From the human T2T-CHM13v2.0 reference genome, Homo sapiens, in the NCBI RefSeq assembly GCF_009914755.1, contig NC_060927.1: a DNA stretch of 64,000 nt, one strand, 5' to 3'. The notes beneath the pieces are model-generated. The model made no database searches, had not been told where the DNA came from, and was given only the letters and a program-made list of their open reading frames with translations. This document shows, piece by piece, positions 52,876 to 64,000 of this stretch (positions are counted from its first letter, which is position 1; each line of letters opens with the position of its first letter). The position numbers and the translations under genes were made by a program.

Positions 52876-53661
52876 CAACTAAACAAACTAGATAAACATG
52901 ACTTTTATTACGAAAACTATGTGATTCTGTAACTGACATTTGGAGTTCTCTGCCCTTTATTCTGCATTCTTTCTTTACAAACATTCCCTAATTTCTCTTT
53001 CAGAGTCCAAATTGTTTAAGAAAGATGGTTTTAAAGCTGTCTCAATATGTGAAATACAGTATATGACCTAAGTCATAGCAGGGCATTTTATTCACCAGGA
53101 CTAGTACAGATGACTGAATCTCAGACTCTTTCCAGAGTTACTAAGAAAAAGATTTTTTTCCCTTTCTGGGTGAAAGTGTGAAGATATATAGCTGGAAACA
53201 TCTTAAATCATGTGTCCATGAAGAAAGCCAGCCTAACAATGACTCTAGGAGAAAGAAAATGGAGGAGTCAAGACATTTGCAGCAAAATGTAACTGGATCT
53301 CTGACCAAACTGTATCTAAAGCCTGCTTTCTGGACTTTTGGAATATTACGAGTTTATAAAGAAACTATATTGTTTAAACTAGTGAAGTCTCAGTTTTCTG
53401 TTATTTGCAACTAAAGCATGAGGAACAGTTACATTATGATTTGCATAAGCATCTTTTATTTGATGGAAGTATATGTATGAGAAGAAAACTTTGTATACAT
53501 TTTGTGCAGTGAATAAAGTGGATGTTAGTAAATATTTGGCGTATTGTGGGCCACCTAGCTCTCAAACTTACTTATTGGTTAGAGGTTATCATGCATTGTA
53601 TGTGTTGAAATGGCCACTACATAAACAGAAGGCTAGATCCTTTCTTTTCCTGTTCCATGGT

Positions 53662-54128
53662 TATAGTAGGTTGAATAATGGTCACCCAACAATATCAAGC
53701 TCTAATCTCAGTAAATTGTAAATGTTACTTTACTCGAAAAAGGGGTCTTAACAGATATAATTAAATTAAGGGTCTCGAAATGAGAAGATGACCCCGGGTT
53801 ATTCAGATGGGCCTTAAATGCCATCACAAGTGTCTTTATGAGAGATGCAAAGGACATTTTGTGAGACACACAGAAGAGTAGAAAGCAATATGAAGATGGA
53901 GGCGAAGATGGGTGCGATGCTGCCTCAAGCTAAGGGATGCCTGCAGCCACCTGAAGCTGGAAGAAACCAGGAACAGAATCTCCTCTAGAGCTTCTGGAGG
54001 GAGTGTAGCCCTATCAACACCTTGATTTTGGATGCTTGAACTTCAGGACTGTAAGACAATATACTTCTGTTCTTTTAAGCCACCAAATTTGCAGTAATTT
54101 GTTACAGCAATCTCAGGTAACTAAATCA
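53662..54128 (+). mobile_element. MLT1C/D solo LTR
   Basis: GTAGGTTGAATAATGG...ATTAAATTAAGG...GCAGCCACCTGAAGCTGGAAGA...TTTAAGCCACCAAATTTG...TTTGTTACAGCA. Confidence 0.85.
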
Positions 54129-55979
54129 ATGGCTTTTTGTCCTCCCAAACATGGTATGGGGTGATGAATTAGATACTTCAACCCAGGACTTTGACACTTG
54201 CATGAGTGATACAAAAACAAAAAATAGAATGAATTCATGGAGGTGGAATAGAATGTCCACTGCTGTAGCCATGTCAGTAGGTGGTGGTCATACATCCTAC
54301 AGAAGCTTGAGTATCATGTAGTGTTGACATCCTGGCCATAGTGCTCTGCCAGTTGTGCTTTATATATTTTACATGTGAGGAGTCACCTTAGCCTCTATTT
54401 TCCAAGACTGTTTTTCCAGATTTTGTATTTCGTGAGGCCCCATTTTTTTTTCAAACAAATTCCTGGAAACTGTAGTTTATTTTTATTCATTGCAATTGTA
54501 GGTTTGTAACTGATTCAGCAAAAATAATAACAATAATAATAATACTCTGCAGTTTTAAATAGAGAAAAAAAGTTTTCCAACTACTCAAGTTTGTTTTTGT
54601 CTTTTGAATAATAACTAAACATACACAATTTTTAAAAGTTAATAGTTCCTGGGCATTTGTTGTCTCTTACTTTTCTCAGAAGTCCAAATTTAATAGAAAC
54701 AACTTTTTAATTTTGCTAGATTATAATCCCCTAACCCTCCAATGAGCAAAATCAACATCAAGGTTCCCATCGGAGTAATGCTTTGAGTTCAATTGTCAGA
54801 TGAATCTCACAATCATATTTTACTCTTTAATATTCTTTTCTCCTCCAGCAATTTTTCTTCCTCATTGGCCCACCTCCCTCTGCACTCGAAAGACCAGTCC
54901 TTCATTGTTGAGCATTACCAATAAAACAGATTTTGGGTCACATTCACAGATGCCATTATTTCCCTCCATGTTCTCAACAGCCGATATGTTTATCGAAGTT
55001 TAATATGCCTTTGGGAAGCAGTGAACTTTGCAGTGATTAATTGAAAAAGTTTTAGATTTACAGAAGACTTTTTTTTTCAAAGAATTTTATACATTCAGGA
55101 GATATTTGGAGACTCAATAAACAGGAGGTAGATATTTGTATTACTAGAACCCAGAAAACCTTAGACTTAATGTTCTCAATTTTCTGTTTAGTGTGTTTAG
55201 TTTCTCTTAAGTTCAGTCTACATAATACCATATAAACAAGCCCTTTTCTGCTGGAAAAATCAGTAAAAAAATTAGGTAATTGTTAGCAAAAATTGCTGCT
55301 TGATTAATTATTTTTCACCAGTTGGTTTAGTTTTATATAGAAATAGCCTCAGGGCCAAGTGTTAGTTTATTTCTCTCTCCTGTCAAATGGAATTCACAGA
55401 TAATTAATTATAATTTCCTATGCCTTTTATACTTCTACTCATGTGGGCTACACTTGAACAATAAAAGGGAACTAAATAATTATCCAGGAGAGTAAATACA
55501 TGACAATCTGGGACACTGAGACCAAAATTATATACTTTGCCTTTATTGTTACAATCCTGTATGGCCTTAGTTGCTGATCAAGAGAAAAATGTTACATGTC
55601 ATGTGGCCTCAATACTTAGAATGATTAAAGTCAATGTAATATTCAAGATTTACCTATTGCCCTAAACACTGAACATGATGAAAAATATATGAGAACAATG
55701 AGAGCTCACTGCAATTTACTGGAGAGATGAACTGCTCACACAGAAATGATTAGCATCACAGAGCTTTTTAAGGGGACACTTGGAACACCTGAGCTCACAG
55801 CAATAGCAACAATAGGTGGCTATGAACTTATTACAGTGCTATAGTATATACCAGCATTAGTTTTATGCAGTTATGACTTAATACTGCCTCTTTACATTTG
55901 TTTACATTTCTCTAGGCTGAATGGTACAATATATGATCTGTAAGTGTGTGTGCAAGTTTTCATAAGTTTTAACTTTTAC

Positions 55980-56112
55980 TTATTTTTTATTTATACAGAG
56001 ACAGGGTTTCACTATGCTGCCCAAGCTGGTCTTGAACGCCTAGACTCAAGAGATCCCTCTGCTTCAATCTCCCAAAGTCCTGCGATTACACGTGTGGGCC
56101 ACCATGCCCAAC
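55980..56112 (-). mobile_element. FLAM (free left Alu monomer)
   Basis: GAGACAGGGTTTCACTATGCTGCCCAAGCTGGTCTTGAAC...CACCATGCCC, with TSD-like TTTTAACTTTTA on both sides. Confidence 0.85.
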
Positions 56113-56859
56113 ACATTTTAACTTTTAATTATAGATATGTGTATACTTTTTGATAGTAAATAATAAAATAGAAAAAAATTAGCATTATTGTTATCTCCTT
56201 GTAAAGCAGGACACCTGTCACTATGGGATGTTGGGCTGGCACCTCATCAGCTAGTAGTATTTCAAAGCACAATATGTTTGTAATGCTGTTGCTCTTTAAG
56301 GACAAACTTTGATATTTTTAGTGCAGCTATATTATTTTAATGTTAATAAACTCTTTCTTGAAGTTGTTAGGGCATATCACGCTGATAGAAACCTTGAAAA
56401 AAATGACTAGAATTTTGATTATTAATTGCAGTTTCTGTATATATTTGCCTCTTCCAAAGAAAGACATGTAGATGAATATCCTATAATACTATTTTAAAAT
56501 GAGTATATGATCATAATACAGATGAATTATGGGGCTAAATTTTGCATTTTTAAAGAATGTTTACTTTTCCAGAATAATAGAATTAAAGGGACTTGAATAT
56601 TTTTTTAAATATTAACCACCATAGTTTTCAGAATAAAAAGGTTGAGTCAGAAAGTGATGATATGCTGAAAGTGATGCAATTTATGGCAGAAGTGATACTA
56701 GCATGTAAGTCTTCTGTTGCTTCCTTTTATGCCTTTTCTATGATATGAGACTTTACAAAGGGGATACAGCAGAATCTTTTTAAACAGAAAATGTCTTTAG
56801 TGTATATAAATAGCAATATATTTACAAACATTGCATATAACAATGTTTTTCTGAGCCAA

Positions 56860-57223
56860 TGCTATAGACTCAAAGTTTATTTTTCCCCCACATTAATATG
56901 CTGAAACCCTAATCCCCAATATGATGGTATTAGGAGATGAGGCCTTTGGTGTGTGATTAGATTATGAGGTTGGAGACTTCTCGATGGGATTAATGCCCTT
57001 ATAAGAAGAGACACTGAGGGCTTATTTCTTCTTTCTGTTTGCCATGTGAAGATATAACCAGAGGACAGTGATCTGTGAGCCAGACAGCATCCCTCGTCAG
57101 ACACCGGATCTGATGGTGCCTCAATTTTGGACTTTCCTAGCCTCCAGAACTGTGAGAAATAAATATCTATTATTTAAACTACCCAGTCTATGATATTCTG
57201 TTATAGCCTCACAAACTAAGACA
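56860..57223 (+). mobile_element. MLT1A0-like solo LTR
   Basis: TGCTATAGACT...GATGGTATTAGGAGATGAGGCCTTTGG...GCCTCCAGAACTGTGAGAAATAAA...ACTAAGACA. Confidence 0.85.
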
Positions 57224-60200
57224 CTCACATTTAAAGTCAAGATAATTTCATGTAAAGGGGCCTTGGTTGTCAGACCTGCCCTGGCTGTTACTGGTTAGAG
57301 GGTGTAAGGTAGTAAGTCACTTTGGCCTCAGATTCTTTATCTGATGATAAGATTATGTGAACTTCAAGGTCTCCTCCAGCCCTTCACTCTTATTCTGCAA
57401 TACAAATTTATGCCATTTACGATGACATTCCACATCTATGTGGGAAATTTGCCATTGCAGAGGAATTGATGGCTGAATTCTTGGTGATGGTTCAGTTCCT
57501 TATCTTTTATCACAGTAGAGCCAGAATCAGCTGTCTCTGCTCAGGTTCACATGTGCTTCCTGCCAAACCCTGATCAAGGCCTCTCCCTGTAATACTGCCC
57601 GGCTGGTCACAGACAGGTAGGCATAGCTTGTCCTTCCAGGGAGCAAACCCTGATGAAGTGCCAAGATTGTTACTGAGGGGCCGTGAATACTTATTTGCTT
57701 TGGGCATTTTTTGAGGATGAATAAATACATACTCCATAAACATATATAGCTATATGTGCAGCTATATTTTAAATATATGAAAGTGCTGTTGTGAATAGGA
57801 AAAAGATCTATTTTAAGGCACTAGTGTATTCAGAGTAAATTTTTGCCTACTTTCTCAGATTCTAAGATTATCTAGCCTACTACATGTATAATAAAAACTG
57901 TCATATGGAGATTTGGCAATTGTTTGACCTTAAAGGAAGTCATCATATGGGAGAAAGTTTGGAGCCTGGACTTTGACATTTCCTCATTACCACTAACTTT
58001 TGCTAAGAAATCAGAAGACCCATGGTCTCAGGGATAATCAGATAAACCAAAATGAACTGAGAGATTTATGGTTGATAGTGGTTTAGTGAATAATATTTTC
58101 ATGGAAAATATTTTTAATTTTTATTAAATGCTTAAAGTCTCAGCAAGTCACAGTGGGAAGTTCCAAGTGCTATGACAAGCTTCTAGAGAATGCATTTTAA
58201 GGCAAAAGGATTTTCATCGACTCTCCAATCACACCTGCTCTGATTTTGGGTATTACCCGTTCTGCATACTCATTTTCATCCTCAAGTTCCTTTGATTATT
58301 AGTAATCTTCATGCTTGAAAAGCCAGCTCTGCTACTCCTCCACAGAGTGAGGGAGAGAAACAGCACATTTTTGCAAATTTCAGTGCTTTTGAAAGGAATA
58401 ATGAAAAGGAGGTGGTGCTGCTTGAGAAGGCGGGCTACAGATGGAACAAAAGGTTAACTCAAATTTCTGGTGAAAATAGAAAATAAAAATAGTAATGATG
58501 ATCTATACAAGAGCAGAAAACACAGCAAAGTGAAGTTATTCATTTTGAATCAGCAGCTTCTTTTAAAACATCCTCTGGTTGTTCAAAGGGTTTTATTTTA
58601 CAAATTGGCATTCAGTAGGCACGTCTGACAACTGGTTCATTGTGTCTCTTTTACCAATTGTCAGCAATAGTCTTCCTTTGGTTCAAAAGAGGAACTTCAC
58701 TGTTCTGAGGTAGTTTCTTTGAGGACAAATGATCCAACTTTTTCTCCATGTTTGCTTAAAAAGAATTCAAAGTTTAACTATGCACACAGTGGTTATTCTT
58801 CACTACATCTATAACTGCTTTCCACTTCTCCCATCACTAGAAATGGGAGTTTTCTTGCTTTTAGATATCAGTCTTTTGTCTGTCTGGTACCTCACCCCAT
58901 AAAAAAGGTAACCCATCTTCACAAAGTTGCATTACTGTTAAAAAGAAACTGCTTTATTAGAGACTTCTGAGAAATGTACAAGTGGTGTGTGTATAGGAGT
59001 GTGGCTGAAATACAGGAATCCCTCCTGAGCATTTTATATGTGTGGCTTTGAATAGGAGCAGAACAATCTGATGAGACTGGCTTTAGTTACTTCTTGTCAA
59101 ATCTTAACCCTAGCCTGCACTCACTCTTGAATAGCTTCCGATAGATCTTCTTGAATTAGAAAAAAAAAAACAACCCTCCTTGCTAAATAGAAAGAGGCTG
59201 ATAGTTTCTCAAACAAATATAAGTGGAAAAAGAGGTATGTTAAACCTAGAAATTAATACTTAATAGAGTCTTTTCTGTGTTATAAACATAATCTTTAAAA
59301 CTATGTGGAAAAATTAATTCTTTTAATCTACAATGCCATCACCTGATGATGAGAGCCCGAGTAGCCAGTGTACACAATAATAATGGCATGAAATATTTAA
59401 GACATTACTTAAATGTGCTGACTCTTTTCCCATGCATTTTATCACTTTATTATTAGTACAATATCCTATTTGAATATTTTCCTATTCATGGACTTTCACA
59501 AGTAAATAATGTCATAGGTCTACCTGGGACTTAAATGTAAATACATTGTTTTACATGTGACAGACACTTTCAAATAGAGCATGCCATCATCATTACATTT
59601 TGATAATAGAGATATCAAAACATCTGTGACAAATAATCAATTTGTTGTTTAGGAAGGTAATTCCACTTGCGTAAGATGATTATGGTAGAGACTGCTAGTG
59701 TTTTCAAAGTACATATTCCTCAATTTTTGATTTTGTACATGATAACGAATAAAGACTATACTTCTCATGTTGCTTTGTAACTATGGCTAAGTTTTGGCCA
59801 GTACATTATAAGTAAACATGTTTATGTACAGTTTCCAAGGAGTATTTTTAAAGGCCAAGACATGACCTTGTTTTCTCTGTTTTCTTTTTCTGGTTGGCTC
59901 TAGAGATGTGATAGTAAGAGTTTGAGCAGGCAGCATACACATTGATGATAGCATCGCAGAATAAGATAGGGGAAACTTACCTTTGATAAGTTTACCTTTA
60001 CATACGAGAAGAAATATTTTGTGAGTTTATATCAGATTATCTTTTTTAACATCTATAGGATACAATAAAAAATAAGAAAATTGGAATTTAAATCTATATT
60101 ACCTAAATCAAATCCAGGTATTCTTTCTATTAAAAACTGTACAGTTTCAGTATATCTCTGATGTGTCAGTGCTGTAGGTCTTTGTACTCTGTCTGGGATC

Positions 60201-61859
60201 TAGTCTGTTTAATTAAGATTTCTTCAACACTGTCAAATAACTATTGTTTTACTACATTTTATGTTATAATAGATTACATTATTTTATGAATTCAGGTTAA
60301 ATGCTTGACGTTCTAAGGATTTAAAAGTACTTTTCAAGCATTAATTTTTATGTAAGCAAAAAGTTTCACACTATAACACTTTATAGAGATGTGAATGAAG
60401 ATATAAAAATCTTCTTCAAAAGTCACTGGAACTTGTAAGAAAAATAGGGAGTTAGAATAAGAAATAGAGCGGTTAGACCTGATTTCCTCTCCTATCATCA
60501 ATCTGTCTTATTCACTTCCTTCCAATGGATTCTTTTAGTAAAACTCCTATTTCCTTCAAACAGCTGGTAGTAGTCTTATCTCCTAATGATATACACCACA
60601 TTAAAAAATGCTACTAATCTAAAAATTCTACTCTGTGAAGATAAGCATATGGTTTAGAAGATGAAAAATGCTGACTATATGATTACATCCCTGTCTACTT
60701 GTATAATACGTGATCATTAAGCCATTCATCATTCTTCCTTTGGACTTAATTTTGGGGCTGGGAAAAGGGAAGATGAGGGAAGCAGAGAATCGATTAACTT
60801 TCATTTGGCAGACAATGGTTTTTGCCCCCTGATGTCCTACATGTTCTTTATTTTAAAGGTGACTACAGAGAACCTTAGTGACTTGCCAGTTAGTCGTGGA
60901 GTCATAGCTTATCTCTGGGGTTTAAAAGACTTTTAAGTTTAGAGATCTTTCTACCGCTTCAAGCTATTTCTTTTAACCTTGATACAATCTTTGGAATAAA
61001 AGAAGAACTGATCTACCATGCCAGCTATGCCCCTTATTAACAATGTGATATGAGAAAACTTACTAAAATTCTCTATTAAAATAATCTAGTAATAGTCACT
61101 GTATTAAGAGGCAGTCATGATAATTGCATAAGATAGTGCATGTGAAATACTTTGCACAGATCATGACGCATGGTAAGTGCTCTGTAATTTATTTCTTCAT
61201 AAACATCTTAAATGAACAATAGCAAATATAAAAATAATAGATAACTGGAATACTTGGTAGTTAAGTATCAAAACAAAACAAAATACTTCTAATTGTTCAA
61301 TCAAAGGAGAAAAAATTTTGGGAAGGAAAATGTCTAAATGTGGGTAAATGAGGGATTCTAAGTCTATTTCACAGAAGTACAAACTTAACTCATAATTTAG
61401 TTTGGGAAGCACAGCAAGTAAGAGTACAAAATTCTGATATGCCATAAATAGGCTAGAGTAAGCCAACAGAATTTTAAACAGTAATAAAGTTTACATTTAT
61501 TTTCAAAATAAATGTGTAACTTTGTCCTCTTGAGTGATTCAAATCTGTGAAGCTCTTTTGAATTCACACATTGTTTCTGTGGTTATTTGTTGAATACATG
61601 AAGCAATGAGTGTCCACAATATGGTTAGAGGCAGTCAGTTCCTTCATTTTTCTAAGAGATTCAAGGTTTGTTTTTCCAAAAGCAAACAAACAAAAAAAAA
61701 AAACACAAATAAAACCCTAACAAACAACTAACCCATGACTAGTTTAAGCTGAAGAGCTGAAGATTAAAACTGCTTAACAGAAAGGAAATTTCCGAAATCT
61801 CATTGATGGGGTTACTGGTTTCAATTTCATTTTTCACTTAACAATAATAGTAATTCTAC

Positions 61860-62445
61860 TAGTATTTATTGAGAGCTTCCAGAATTCAGGCACTTTACAA
61901 AGCACTTTTACAATGTTGAGGACTAAATATGATTTTTCTACATCTGGAGCTTATACTCTAGAGAGGGAGACAGACATTAATTAATAATAAAAATGTAAAA
62001 CAATCTCTAACCGCTATGCACAAAGGAGAGATTTATGGTGGTATGAGACATTATGCATAGAGAATTTGACCTAAAAAGGGAGGTCAGCGAAGTGACAGTT
62101 ATGCTGAGATGTGAAGGGGTTAACCTGATGAAGCATAACCAACTTTTACAAAGACATATGGTAACAGGAAGCATAGCCAGTATGCCTAAAGTAGACAGAG
62201 GGGGAGCATAGTGAGAGATCAGGCTGAAAAATATCTAGGGAAGGACTATGTAGAGGGCTGAAAACTCTGACAAAAAGTTCTGTGTTAATAGCTAAGTGGA
62301 TTGAAAATCAATGAAATATTTCATGTCTTTAGTCGGGGGGTGGTGCAAGGGAGGCGGATTACATATCAGACAGATCACTCTGAATGCCCTGTGGAAAACG
62401 AACATGCCAGAGTGCTCTTCCAGTAATTCTAGTGGGAGATCATGA
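61860..62445 (-). mobile_element. L2 LINE 3' fragment
   Basis: TATTTATTGAG...CAGGCACT...GGAGCTTATACTCTAG...GCTGAGATGTGAAGG...GATCACTCTG. Confidence 0.7.
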
Positions 62446-62479
62446 TGTCTCCTTCTTTCCCCAGATAGTTGTTAACTTC

Positions 62480-62913
62480 CGTTAAAGTAGCTTAAAATGG
62501 AGATTGTGCCTGAAAAGTACCAAGCAGACAAAGCCAGTTAGGTCTCATAAGTGATCTAAACCTTGCTTGATTTGCAAACATAAGTGAAACTTAAGTTGAG
62601 CTATTTTTTTGTAAATGCCTATATTAAAGAAAAACAGAACTTAAGCTCATCTAATAAAAAACAATGAACAAATATACAATTAAGTAAATAGGGATTTTTC
62701 AACAAGATAGACCAAATAAGGAAACTAATTGTAACCAATCAATTTGTTTTTTTATGCTTCATTTCTTTGTTCATTCTATAACATCTTTCTCCTTGCGTCC
62801 CCTTGTTGGAGCTTCTGAAAACATTGTGTTTTGGAGCTACCTGATTCATGAATCTCTATTTGCCCAAACAAACACTTTAAAATGTTATTGTACCTTAGTT
62901 TATCTACTTAATA
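62480..62913 (+). mobile_element. ERV1 solo LTR (LTR37A-like)
   Basis: GTTAAAGTA...AAAATGGAG...CCTTGCTTGATTTGCAAACATAAG...GTAACCAATCAA...CTGATTCATGAATC. Confidence 0.7.
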
Positions 62914-63607
62914 ATTCTTGTGGGCAAAGAATTCATTTATTACTTCTTGTGTTTCACAGTGCTAAAGTGAAATTATATGGTAAGGTATTATTTGCAGATT
63001 AAATGAAAGAAAAGTAGACTTAATCAATTATTTAGATAACAGAATAATTAAACTGATTACTTATTACCATTTTTTAGCTATATGATCAATGCAAGCAGAT
63101 TGGATAATTTGTTATCTATATTATACTCTGTTTTAATCTCTTAACATAATATAAAGGTAGTAAACTTTGGGTTGTGGAGTTGTCCTTTCATCTCAGTCAC
63201 TTTGCCTGCAAATCAGACTAGGAGATAGTTGCTGAGTTGTCCATTTTTAACTTTTCTTACCATTGTTCTATATCAGACCTAAATGTTCTCATAACTTTTT
63301 TCTTTCTTTTCCTTTTCTTTCTTTTTTTTTTTTTTTTTTTTAAATGACCAATCTAATAAACAGATTGTACCTCCGACTCTCCCAGTTGGGATATTTTATT
63401 TCCTGTAACTTTATCAACTCATTTTGTGTTTTGTATTCAAAACGAAATAGTCAATGTATTTTATTTGCCTTAAAAATATTCTTGCATGCTATATTCTCCA
63501 AACTGTCTTTTTACAAACAAGCTTGACTAGGAGTTAACGTATAAGAGGAAGTAATCACATACAAATATTAAGTGACTATCTGTTGAGAGTTTATATCCTC
63601 ATATTTT

Positions 63608-63649
63608 TCAGATGAGATCGGGTGCATTCAGGGTGGTATGACCGTAGAC
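63608..63649 (-). pseudogene. 5S rRNA retropseudogene fragment (nt 1-42, 3'-truncated, tailless)
   Basis: Minus strand GTCTACGGTCATACCACCCTGAATGCACCCGATCTCATCTGA matches 5S GTCTACGGCCATACCACCCTGAACGCGCCCGATCTCGTCTGA at 38/42. Confidence 0.93.
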
Positions 63650-64000
63650 CTTCACAGCATCTTTCAAAGGATGAGACAAGATGTTAGATAATATCTATAT
63701 GCTGATAACTGGGCCATTCCAAACAGGTATTCCAAAATGGTCTTTGAGTATAAACATTTTAAACATAATATCAGAAATACTTTAAAATAATACTTTTTGA
63801 ATTCTATAGACTCTTATATCTTAAATTTGCCTTTCAAATTGACTTCAAAGTTGCATAATGACGTTTAATTACTATAAGAGTATGCACTGATTTTTTTTCT
63901 TCCTAAACTTACTGCCTTTCTTATTCCATCAAGATGTGAAAACTGTCAATTAGTGTAATACACATACAAAATTATTCAGAAAAATTCAAGATAAAATAAA

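Overview
AT-rich, repeat-dense primate (human-like) genomic DNA with no multi-exon host gene that I can support. The one real coding feature is a young, full-length processed retrocopy of ARMC10 on the minus strand (50014-52144). It has a poly(A) tail, an AATAAA signal, a 15-bp TSD and an uninterrupted 284-codon ORF, and an in-frame ATG in the flanking antisense L1 extends that ORF by 25 codons. From memory this matches the annotated ARMC10P1 locus (not verified here). The rest is transposon debris: a two-LTR ERV1 provirus with gag fused to the integrase C-terminus, an old two-LTR ERVL provirus with nested MaLR elements, THE1/MST/MLT1 LTRs, L1s, Alus, DNA-transposon MITEs and a tailless 5S rRNA fragment. 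Several local template-switch scars also stand out, notably an 89-bp inverted copy of the neighbouring L1 inside an older LTR, and an inverted LTR end carrying its TSD. Repeat subfamily names come from recalled consensus sequences and need RepeatMasker/Dfam confirmation. I found no evidence of a new multi-gene system.
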